A stretch of 64,000 nt of DNA from an uncultured Gammaproteobacteria bacterium (GTDB lineage Bacteria; Patescibacteriota; Microgenomatia; CAZETR01; Amesbacteraceae), in NCBI GenBank assembly GCA_964366335.1, contig CAYITQ010000001.1:41336-105335 (forward strand), given 5' to 3'. Under the pieces are notes generated by a model. That model saw nothing but the letters and a program-made list of their open reading frames with translations. It was not told the DNA's origin and ran no database searches. The position numbers and the translations under genes were made by a program. Positions 25,332-34,114 of the stretch are shown here, piece after piece; position 1 is the first letter of the stretch; every line of letters starts with the position of its first letter.

Positions 25332-26293
25332 AAAAATATCCAAAAATATCAATAATAATTGCTCTTTATAAGGAAACAGCCTATTTTTATGAGTCCGTTG
25401 CCCAATGTTTACAATTGGATTACTCTAATTTTGAAATTTTAATTGGTGTGGATAGGGGAGTGAAACTAAATTTTCGAGATCCTAGGATACGTGTTTTGGA
25501 AACTGGTTTGTTACGTACAGGGCCAGCCGAAAAAAGAGATATAGGAATTATTAGATCAAAGGCTGAATATATTGCTTTTTTAGATGACGACTCTTATCCC
25601 AGACGTGATTGGCTTAAAAAAACGATAAATATATTTGACAAACATCCCGAAATAGCTGCAGTGGGTGGTCCGGGTTTGACTCCACCAATGGATGGCTTTC
25701 GTCAGCAAATAACCGGGGCTATTTTGTCTACTTTTTGGGGGACGGGACCATATGCCTATCGATTTGTACAGAAGCCCAAACGCTTGGTAGACGATTATCC
25801 TGCCTATAATTTGATAGCCAGACGGAAAGACTTGGTATCTGTAGGAGGATTTGATAATAAATTCTATGGCGGTGAGGATACTGCGTTATGTATAAAATTG
25901 ATCAACGCAGGAAAAAAGATTCTTTACCATCCTGAAGTGGTCGTTTACCATCACCGCAGGCATTTTCCGGAAGGATACTTGGCTCAAGTCGGAAATGTCG
26001 GATTGCATCGTGGATATTTCGTAAAAAAATTCCCTTCGACATCATTACGACCTAGCTATTTTATGCCATTGTTTGGGATAGCAACGACTATATTTTTATT
26101 ATTATTTTCGGTAGTTTTTCCGCCACTGATATGGATAGGGGTATTTTTGTATATATTAGGTATTGTTGACGCAATGAAAGTGGCTAACTGGAAAGTTGCC
26201 ATGATTCTACCCCTTTGCATTTATTTGTCACATTTCAGTTATGCATACAATTTTACAAAAGGTCTTTTATTTACAAAATATCTAGAAAAATGA
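25328..26293 (+). CDS. family 2 glycosyltransferase with C-terminal TM helices
   Basis: ISIIIALYKETAYF...ILIGVD, DxD-like FLDDDS. Two C-terminal TM segments. ATGA-coupled. Confidence 0.75.
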   Translation: MKKYPKISIIIALYKETAYFYESVAQCLQLDYSNFEILIGVDRGVKLNFRDPRIRVLETGLLRTGPAEKRDIGIIRSKAEYIAFLDDDSYPRRDWLKKTINIFDKHPEIAAVGGPGLTPPMDGFRQQITGAILSTFWGTGPYAYRFVQKPKRLVDDYPAYNLIARRKDLVSVGGFDNKFYGGEDTALCIKLINAGKKILYHPEVVVYHHRRHFPEGYLAQVGNVGLHRGYFVKKFPSTSLRPSYFMPLFGIATTIFLLLFSVVFPPLIWIGVFLYILGIVDAMKVANWKVAMILPLCIYLSHFSYAYNFTKGLLFTKYLEK

Positions 26294-27243
26294 TTTGGCC
26301 AAAGATTTCAATAGTTATTCCAACCCTTAACGAAGAAGAGAATATCAGAAAATGTCTAGAATCAATTTTCTGTCAGGATTACCCGCGAGATAAACTAGAA
26401 GTTTTAGTAGTCGACGATGATTCAATTGATCAAACAATAAAAATTGTCAAAAAATATCCGATTCGAATTTTGAGAAATGGACATAAACACGGGGAGATTG
26501 GCAAGATGATCGGATTGAAAGCTGCTAAAGGCGAATATTTTATATATTTAGACGCTGACATTGAATTGCGAGGTAAAAATTGGTTAAAGAAAATAGTTAA
26601 ACCTTTGGTTGAAAATCCTAATATAATAGGTAGCTTTACAAAATACTATAGTAAAGTAAATACTTCACCTATAGAGAGATATTTAAACTTTGATCCATTA
26701 CAAAGAGATCAAATCTATCAATTTTTCTCTCCTTCGATTGAAGATACGATAAAATCAAAAAAAGGAGAATATTATATTTGTGAATATAAAATAGGTAACA
26801 TACCTCCAGCTGGTTTGTGTTTATTTAGAAGAAAAGAGTTGTTAGATATAGTTGAGAATTTTGAAATGTTTTTAGAACTGGATTTCTTGGTTTTATTAGT
26901 CAAAAATGGTTTTAATAAATTCGTTTTTGTACCAGAAGCAGGGCTTTATCATCATCATGTAACATCACTGTTTGAATTACTGCGCAAGCGTAAGTACAAC
27001 TTGACAAAAGTATATTTCTTACATGTCAAAAACAAACTTTATACATGGATTGACTGGAAGAATCCTCTTCATTTATTAAAGTTGGGGCTTTGGATAATTT
27101 ATGCAAATTTATTTTTTCCATCACTATTTACGGGTATATATAAATCAATCAAATATCGGGATTGGGTGGGTTTATATGAACCTGTCGTCAACCTTTTTGT
27201 AACAGACTTACTCATTATCTCATTTCTGATACATGATAAATAA
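26290..27243 (+). CDS. family 2 glycosyltransferase
   Basis: ISIVIPTLNEEENIRKCLESIFCQDYP...LVVDDDSIDQT. ATG at 26290 (MIWPKIS) overlaps the upstream stop. Confidence 0.8.
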   Translation: MIWPKISIVIPTLNEEENIRKCLESIFCQDYPRDKLEVLVVDDDSIDQTIKIVKKYPIRILRNGHKHGEIGKMIGLKAAKGEYFIYLDADIELRGKNWLKKIVKPLVENPNIIGSFTKYYSKVNTSPIERYLNFDPLQRDQIYQFFSPSIEDTIKSKKGEYYICEYKIGNIPPAGLCLFRRKELLDIVENFEMFLELDFLVLLVKNGFNKFVFVPEAGLYHHHVTSLFELLRKRKYNLTKVYFLHVKNKLYTWIDWKNPLHLLKLGLWIIYANLFFPSLFTGIYKSIKYRDWVGLYEPVVNLFVTDLLIISFLIHDK

Positions 27244-28765
27244 ACCAGTTATAATCCTGATTTTTTTAGTAGCGTTTTTCAAAACCACCCTTTTCTCATT
27301 TTATGGTTTCGGATTGGTGGACGAAGGAGAGAGCTTGCATAACGCCCAGAGGATATTGGAAGGGGATATACCGTATCGTGATTTTTTTGCCATATTTCCG
27401 CCTATGGACAATTATTATTTCGCTTTGATATTCAAACTATTTGGGGAATCAGTCCTTATACCCAGAATAATTTCCAGTATCATCTTTTCATTTACCCCTG
27501 TATTAATTTTTCTTATCTGTAAGAGATTCGCTCCGACAAAATTATCCACCATTCCAGCTATCTTAATTACATTTTCAGATGTTAATATTGAGCGTCTATA
27601 TATCTTTACTCCGATATTTTTAGGTGTATATCTGTATCTTCAGGCAGTTAATAGAAAAAAGAAGTGGCTTTTTGGCTGGTCAGGTTTTATGCTTGGATTG
27701 TCTAGTCTTATTCGATTGGATATTCCCGGAACATTCGGTGTGTCTGCGGTAATTGTACTGGCCGCTTATCTATTTCTAACCTCACATAAAAACTGGATAA
27801 AAAAATGGTTTATTTACTCGCTGTATATGGGAGTAGGTTTCGGATTACCCATTATGTTAATGATTGCATGGATGATTAATTTGGGTATTGTTGATACTTT
27901 TATAAATATGGCTTTGACTAGTGCTGTCACCATTACCCAGCTTCACCACTTACCCTTCCCATCTGTATTGAATTTAATTCCTTCCCGATTTGATTTAGCC
28001 GCCTTGGGTAGCACATTTACAGCCTATTACGGATATGCCATTCTGGCTACATATTTGGTTAGCACGCTCCTGGTTCTAAAAAAGATAACCGTCATAATCA
28101 AGAACAACATAGAAATTCCGGTCCTTATTCTTGCGGGAATACTCGCTCTGCCTTACATTTTTGGCCGGAGCGAGATGGGTCATCTGGTAAAAGGGGGAAC
28201 GCCATTTCTTATTTTGGGTGTATTTTTACTCAGAAATATTCAAAATTTAAAAATAAAAATAATTATATATGGATTACTTGCTGGTTTATTTTTTGCCACA
28301 ATATTTCAATCAATCTGGTGGATTCGTTTTAATGACCAAAAAATAAAAATAGCTAATCAAACCCTAAATATAAATTCTAAATACCCTACGAATTCGACCA
28401 AAGTTTCAGCAGAAAGTTTGAAAAGGTCAGTACTTTTTCTCCAAGAGAATTCTACTCTAACTGATCCGATATTAGCCTTACCATACATGGCAGGTCTCTA
28501 TTTTTTGGCTGATCGGACTAGTCCCACACAGTTTAATAATCTTTTGGCAGGGTTTATTACTACAGAAGAAGAACAACTAGAATTTGTTAGCAAAATCGAA
28601 GACAGCAACGTCAAAATCGTTATTTATGATCCTAACAATGGCCCCAAAATGAAGACGGCTAGAATGCAAGATTATAATCCACTGATTCACAAATACCTTA
28701 TAGAGAAATTTCAAATAGTTGAGCAAACTCCGGAAGGTTGGTTGTTCATGAAAAGAAAAATATGA
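27233..28765 (+). CDS. GT-C-like polytopic membrane protein with a DE-type loop motif
   Basis: 510 aa, many TM helices. N-terminal loop GLVDEGESLHNAQRILEG resembles the ArnT/PMT DE motif. Confidence 0.5.
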   Translation: MINKPVIILIFLVAFFKTTLFSFYGFGLVDEGESLHNAQRILEGDIPYRDFFAIFPPMDNYYFALIFKLFGESVLIPRIISSIIFSFTPVLIFLICKRFAPTKLSTIPAILITFSDVNIERLYIFTPIFLGVYLYLQAVNRKKKWLFGWSGFMLGLSSLIRLDIPGTFGVSAVIVLAAYLFLTSHKNWIKKWFIYSLYMGVGFGLPIMLMIAWMINLGIVDTFINMALTSAVTITQLHHLPFPSVLNLIPSRFDLAALGSTFTAYYGYAILATYLVSTLLVLKKITVIIKNNIEIPVLILAGILALPYIFGRSEMGHLVKGGTPFLILGVFLLRNIQNLKIKIIIYGLLAGLFFATIFQSIWWIRFNDQKIKIANQTLNINSKYPTNSTKVSAESLKRSVLFLQENSTLTDPILALPYMAGLYFLADRTSPTQFNNLLAGFITTEEEQLEFVSKIEDSNVKIVIYDPNNGPKMKTARMQDYNPLIHKYLIEKFQIVEQTPEGWLFMKRKI

Positions 28766-29388
28766 CCAAGATAAATTATATTTTGACCCGCGTTTGCTAT
28801 AAGACAGAAACTCCTGACGATTTAGATATCTTAGTTCATCCTGAAGATTTTGAAAGGTTTATTCTAAAACATCAGAAAATAGGATATAAGCGATTGTCGC
28901 ACGATCACGCTCTCGGTGGTAGAATCGCGGGGATGCAAGTAAATCTGGTAAAGCCCGGAAAGATAAAGATTGATTTGCATCAGGATTTTACTTGGCGTCG
29001 CACACAATATGTTGATTTAAATAAACTCTGGGAAAATTCTCAAAAAAACAGGCTCGACTCTACTTGGGATGCGTTTTTAATTATGATAAACGTAATTTTT
29101 GAAAAGACCTATTTTATGCCGGACGAATTTGAATTATTAATTTCTCAATGGCAAAAAATTAATAAATCTCCGGAATTTAGTCAACAAGCCATCAAATATG
29201 GTTGGAATAATACATTTATTAATTTCAAAAATTGGATGGAAAAATATCAACAAAAAACCAAATTCCCGTTGTTTTTACCTATCAGATTAGTACTAAGTTC
29301 TTATCTTGATAAATTTGATTTTGTGAGTTTGGCTTACTACCTTTTTTTCCGTATTAGATACGAGGTTAATAATAAATTACCTTATTAA
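28762..29388 (+). CDS. putative nucleotidyltransferase-fold protein (uncharacterised NTase family seen in polysaccharide loci)
   Basis: TPDDLDILVHPEDFERF resembles the hG[GS]...DhDhhV motif of pol-beta-like NTases. ATG at 28762 overlaps the upstream stop. Confidence 0.35.
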   Translation: MTKINYILTRVCYKTETPDDLDILVHPEDFERFILKHQKIGYKRLSHDHALGGRIAGMQVNLVKPGKIKIDLHQDFTWRRTQYVDLNKLWENSQKNRLDSTWDAFLIMINVIFEKTYFMPDEFELLISQWQKINKSPEFSQQAIKYGWNNTFINFKNWMEKYQQKTKFPLFLPIRLVLSSYLDKFDFVSLAYYLFFRIRYEVNNKLPY

Positions 29389-29393
29389 AAGAT

Positions 29394-30014
29394 ATGATTT
29401 TTAAAAGAGGGATTTTAATAACATTTACGGGGATTGATGGTGTCGGGAAAAGCACTCAAGTAAAACTTTTGTCCAATTATCTAATTAAGTGTGGTAACAA
29501 AGTTAATGTGGGAGAATCGATGTTTACATATTTCTTGCTTAAACCATTGATGGGACTTTTGAGATTAACAACAGGTAGTTTATCATCGGGCCCGGTTAAG
29601 CGTAACAAAAACCCATTTTTGAAATTATGGTTTATATTTGCTTTTATAGATATTTGGGCAGCATATATTTTCAAAATACGTCCAATTATCGTAAATAACG
29701 ATTTTGTCATTGCAGATAGGTTTTATACTGATATTTGGGCTAATCTTTTTTATTATGGTTATTGCCCGGCTTGGGCATTTAATTTCTTTGTAAAACTATT
29801 ACCTAAGTCCGATATACCTATAATGCTGTCAGCAGAGCCCAAAACTATTTTTAAACGCGAACAAGAATTTCCTCCAGATTATTATTATGAACAGCAAAAG
29901 ATATATCAAAGTTTAGCCAAACTTATCAAATTCCATATTATTGATGCAAATGGAGATAAGAATAGTGTATTTAAGAACGTTAAGAAAATTTTGACCCATT
30001 ATAATGTTTTTTAA
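29394..30014 (+). CDS. thymidylate-kinase-like P-loop kinase
   Basis: P-loop ITFTGIDGVGKST (GxDGxGKST of Tmk) and the DRY-like VIADRFYTD motif. Hydrophobic insert. Confidence 0.55.
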   Translation: MIFKRGILITFTGIDGVGKSTQVKLLSNYLIKCGNKVNVGESMFTYFLLKPLMGLLRLTTGSLSSGPVKRNKNPFLKLWFIFAFIDIWAAYIFKIRPIIVNNDFVIADRFYTDIWANLFYYGYCPAWAFNFFVKLLPKSDIPIMLSAEPKTIFKREQEFPPDYYYEQQKIYQSLAKLIKFHIIDANGDKNSVFKNVKKILTHYNVF

Positions 30015-30888
30015 CTATATTAAATTACTTCGGGTTAACCACTGGTTCAAAAATATTTTTATTATTCCCGGGGTATTCTTGGCAATAATGTCAAATAATA
30101 ACTTCGATATCTCGCCAAATCTATTTGTGAGTATAATTGGAGCATTTTTATTAACCTCAGTTATATCCTCCGTTAATTATATTGTAAACCAAATTGCAGA
30201 TGTAAAATTTGACGCAAAACACCCAGATAAAAAAAATAGGCCGATTCCTTCTGGAACAATTTCCATAGTAAGTGCAAGCTTAACCGCGATTTTTTTGTTA
30301 TTAATTAGTGGTGCGATTGCATACATATACTTTAGTGTTAATTTCTTCTCCACACTTTTGGTTCTATGGCTTGCCGGTATTGTATACAACATTAGGCCTA
30401 TTAGGCTTAAAGATATTCCTTACATAGATGTAATTTCAGAATCTTTTAACAATCCACTTAGGTTTCTGTTGGGATGGTTTGTTGTGGTGAAATCAGAGTA
30501 TCCGTCTCTAATGGTTATATTATTGACTTGGACATTTGGAGCCGTATTCATGACGGCAAAAAGATATGACGAACTAAGGTATTATGGAAAAAAACTGGTA
30601 CCATATAGGCATACCTTTAATACCTATTCCCTTAAAAGCCTTTTAGTTATGATGTATTTCTATGTTTCTTTATCGACGATCTTAGTATTATATTTGATTT
30701 TTAAATATAACAATTCTCTTTTAGTTGGAGTCCCATTTATGTTAATGTTTCTGTTGTGGATAGTGGAGAAAGCAAAATCGGGTGATGCCAGAACGAGAGA
30801 TGTAGAGGCATTTGTCTTTAATCATAAATTTGTTTTATATTTTATTTTGACCTTACTATTCTTTGGTTTTCTCTATTTCTACAATTAA
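30004..30888 (+). CDS. UbiA-family prenyltransferase (decaprenyl-phosphate phosphoribosyltransferase-like)
   Basis: 8-9 TM helices. NQIADVKFD (NxxxDxxxD) first Asp-rich motif and a second motif near ...MTAKRYDELRYYGKK. Confidence 0.7.
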   Translation: MFFNYIKLLRVNHWFKNIFIIPGVFLAIMSNNNFDISPNLFVSIIGAFLLTSVISSVNYIVNQIADVKFDAKHPDKKNRPIPSGTISIVSASLTAIFLLLISGAIAYIYFSVNFFSTLLVLWLAGIVYNIRPIRLKDIPYIDVISESFNNPLRFLLGWFVVVKSEYPSLMVILLTWTFGAVFMTAKRYDELRYYGKKLVPYRHTFNTYSLKSLLVMMYFYVSLSTILVLYLIFKYNNSLLVGVPFMLMFLLWIVEKAKSGDARTRDVEAFVFNHKFVLYFILTLLFFGFLYFYN

Positions 30889-30893
30889 GGGAT

Positions 30894-32435
30894 ATGAAAC
30901 GAAAAATTAAAATAGAATTTCATGTTCATACAAATTATTCATATGACAGTGCTACTTCATTTCAAGACTTAATTGATCGTTGTATTCAAAAAAGGATTGA
31001 TGTATTAGTAATCACAGATCATAATCAAATTGAAGGAGCATTACGGCTTCAGTCAATTGCTCCCTTCAGAGTAATAGTAGGTGAAGAGGTGCTGACTCAG
31101 GAGGGTGAGATTATTGGACTATTTCTAAAAAAACACATCGTTTCGGGATTTTCAATGACAGACACGATAAAGGAAATTAAACGACAGGGCGGAATTGTAT
31201 ATTTACCTCACCCTTTTGATACCACCTCACGGAAAACAGCAATTCATAAGAGCTCCTTGATTAAAAACATAAATGATATTGACATAATTGAAGTGTTTAA
31301 CGGTAGAACTATAAAACCTTGGGACAATCTGAGAGCTGAGAAGTTTGCTAATCAAATTAAGAAAATTAGATGTATTGGTAGCGATGCCCACACAAAATAT
31401 GAGATTGGCAGAAACTTTGTGATCATGGAAGACTTTGCTGGTACCGACGAGTTTTTGAGAAATCTCTCCCAGGCTACCATGCACAGAGCCTTGGTTATAC
31501 CTTGGGTTTTTTTACTAACAAAATATCACCGGTTTATCAAAAGAAGATTTCCACAAACAGAATCGACAATTCATATTTGCGATCTTTGTGGCAGTATTAG
31601 GTCTAAGCTGGTATACAAAAAGAGAGGGGTCGCGCAAAAAAGCTATTTTATTTCCGATAATTCTTATGGAGATCATTTACAAATAGTCCAATGTTTGGAC
31701 TGCAATTTGGTTTATTGTTCACCAAGAGTCGAGAATGAGAAACTGACAGAGCGGTACTCGGCTTTTAAAGACCCAAACTATGAACAGGAAAGACTGGCCC
31801 GGAAAAAAACACACTCGAGACTGTTTACAAAAATACAGGCTGAATATCCCAGGCCTGGTAAATTATTGGATGTCGGTTGCGCAACAGGGACATTTTTAGA
31901 AGTTGTTAAAACCAATGGTTGGACAGGGGTGGGGTTAGAACCTTCAGCTTGGGCTTCCCGGCTTGGTCGGAGTAAATATGGCTTAAATATTATTAAGGGT
32001 GCAATTGAGGCGGTAAAATTACCGGCCAATCAATTTGATGTGGTAACCTGCCTTGATGTTATTGAGCATGTTGCTTCGCCAAAGACATTATTAAAAACTA
32101 TCCATCGGGTTTTAAGAAAAGACGGGTTGTTGTGCCTTGTGACGCCAGATCTGGGTAGCCTAATGTCTCAATTATTGGGGGAGAACTGGTGGCATATCCG
32201 ACCGGATCATATCTATTATTTCACGAAAGAGACATTAAGGCTGTTGCTTGAAGCGCAGGGATTTAAGATAGAAAAGATTGACAAATATAGCTGGACATTT
32301 AGCCTAAATTACTGGATTTCGCGATTGCAAAATAAAGTCCCCGGATTGTATAAGATTCTGGGATTTTTTCGTAATAATCAGTTTTTGACCATAAACTTTT
32401 GGGACTCACTGGAAGTATATGCCCGTAAAGTGTAA
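30894..32435 (+). CDS. fusion protein: N-terminal PHP-domain phosphoesterase plus C-terminal class I SAM-dependent methyltransferase
   Basis: IEFHVHTNYSYDSATSFQDLI...VLVITDHN (PHP HxH...DH metal-binding motifs). Central CDLCGS/CLDCNL zinc-ribbon. C-terminal LLDVGCATGTFLE...FDVVTCLDVIEHV (MT motifs I and II). Confidence 0.75.
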   Translation: MKRKIKIEFHVHTNYSYDSATSFQDLIDRCIQKRIDVLVITDHNQIEGALRLQSIAPFRVIVGEEVLTQEGEIIGLFLKKHIVSGFSMTDTIKEIKRQGGIVYLPHPFDTTSRKTAIHKSSLIKNINDIDIIEVFNGRTIKPWDNLRAEKFANQIKKIRCIGSDAHTKYEIGRNFVIMEDFAGTDEFLRNLSQATMHRALVIPWVFLLTKYHRFIKRRFPQTESTIHICDLCGSIRSKLVYKKRGVAQKSYFISDNSYGDHLQIVQCLDCNLVYCSPRVENEKLTERYSAFKDPNYEQERLARKKTHSRLFTKIQAEYPRPGKLLDVGCATGTFLEVVKTNGWTGVGLEPSAWASRLGRSKYGLNIIKGAIEAVKLPANQFDVVTCLDVIEHVASPKTLLKTIHRVLRKDGLLCLVTPDLGSLMSQLLGENWWHIRPDHIYYFTKETLRLLLEAQGFKIEKIDKYSWTFSLNYWISRLQNKVPGLYKILGFFRNNQFLTINFWDSLEVYARKV

Positions 32436-32446
32436 AATACCTCGAA

Positions 32447-34114
32447 ATGCATAAATATCGCTTGGCACTTACGAGCTCAATATTGATTATTTTGGTTTCC
32501 TTAATTTCATTTTGGAAAATAAATCAGATTTTTTTCCAACAAGACGAATGGCTTGGGCTAGGTGGGGCAATTTATAGACAAGAAACCTTAGGGACACTAG
32601 GAAGTATTTTCCAAGTTTTTAATTTTCAAAATAGAAATGAGTCTACTCGTTTTTTACCAATAACTTCAATAGCAAATCACTTTCTTTACAATAATTTTAG
32701 ATTAAATACTGGTGCTTATGGATTATTATCCCTGACGATTGTCATAATCTGCGCACTTTTGATTAATAGCATCGTTTACAAATTGACAAACTCCCATTTG
32801 ATTTCCACGATCACCTCTCTTTTATGGATAACCAATAATTTAGCTTATCAAGCCATTACTTGGATCGGTACTATGGTGCCTTCATTGCTTACAGTGCTGT
32901 TTTTTCTCTTAGGTTTATATTTTTTACTGGTTTATAACAAAAAAAAGAAAAGTTATTTATATGTGGTATCTATCATTTGTGTTACGCTATCTTTATTTTC
33001 CAAAGAATCCAGTGTTTTTTATTTAATAACCTATTCAATGGTCATATGCTTTTTCTTTAAAGAGGGATTTAACAAATTTAAAAAAATAAAACTAGTTGTA
33101 TTACTTTTTATTCCATTATTTATAGGTTTAATCTTTCCAAGGTTACTTTTCTCCCTATATAACCAAAATAATTTTTCCCCGTCAGTAGCCTCTGCCAATA
33201 AAGTAGAGATCGTCTATAACTTTTTCTTAATTCCTGCTAAGAGTTTGTTCCATGTCTACTTTCCTCAAAAAAAGATTTATGAGCTAACATATTTAGCCAA
33301 CAACATTCATTATTCAGCTCAAACAAATGGTTTTGTGGTGGAGAGTATTATCACAGACGCACTATCTTTGTTAATTGCTTTTTATTTTATGCTAATAATT
33401 TTTATTGTTATTTTATTGACTAAAATCGAACATCGGAAAATTATCCTTTTTTCTTTAATATCTTTTTTTGCTTCAACTTTACCATTTGTAATTTTTAAAA
33501 ACGATGCAGCTGTTTTAGAAAACAGATTTTATATTTTTCTTGCACTTTGGGCAAGTTTACTTTTAAGCTCAATTATTTTTGCCCTTTTTTCCAGATTTGG
33601 AAAATTCAGAAACATATTAATGATATCGGTATTGGGACCGATTATTTTTTATTATGTTTCTGGCATACATAAATCTCTGGCCCAGGATATATTAGTGGGC
33701 AACTATAGAAAAGATATTATAAATACAGTTTCAGAGATTAAATCAGAGCTTAAGAAAAATAATGTATTTTATTTTTATACTAATAATAACGGTTTTTACG
33801 AGTTTCAATCCGGCTTTGGGCAGACATTGGCAGTTTTTCTCTACGACAGTGGTAAGATACCCAAAGGGGTTTTGATTGATAAAGACTACTGGGATCCATC
33901 CTTTGAAGGTTTAAAAAGTTTTAATCAAGGTAAATTTGGTTATTTTATGACTTATACTAGATTAGTTGAGGCGCTTAAAAATAATAAAGATATAAACTTA
34001 GACTCGGTTTATAGTTTTTATTGGGATCCTCAAAAGCATACAGTAAAGAATGTTTCTGATGATATTAGAGAGAAGTTAAAAAAAGACACTACAAATGAAA
34101 AAACTTCTCTCTAA
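32447..34114 (+). CDS. GT-C-like polytopic membrane protein with a DE motif
   Basis: 555 aa, more than 10 TM helices. N-terminal loop NQIFFQQDEWLGLGGAIY (DE motif). Confidence 0.5.
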   Translation: MHKYRLALTSSILIILVSLISFWKINQIFFQQDEWLGLGGAIYRQETLGTLGSIFQVFNFQNRNESTRFLPITSIANHFLYNNFRLNTGAYGLLSLTIVIICALLINSIVYKLTNSHLISTITSLLWITNNLAYQAITWIGTMVPSLLTVLFFLLGLYFLLVYNKKKKSYLYVVSIICVTLSLFSKESSVFYLITYSMVICFFFKEGFNKFKKIKLVVLLFIPLFIGLIFPRLLFSLYNQNNFSPSVASANKVEIVYNFFLIPAKSLFHVYFPQKKIYELTYLANNIHYSAQTNGFVVESIITDALSLLIAFYFMLIIFIVILLTKIEHRKIILFSLISFFASTLPFVIFKNDAAVLENRFYIFLALWASLLLSSIIFALFSRFGKFRNILMISVLGPIIFYYVSGIHKSLAQDILVGNYRKDIINTVSEIKSELKKNNVFYFYTNNNGFYEFQSGFGQTLAVFLYDSGKIPKGVLIDKDYWDPSFEGLKSFNQGKFGYFMTYTRLVEALKNNKDINLDSVYSFYWDPQKHTVKNVSDDIREKLKKDTTNEKTSL

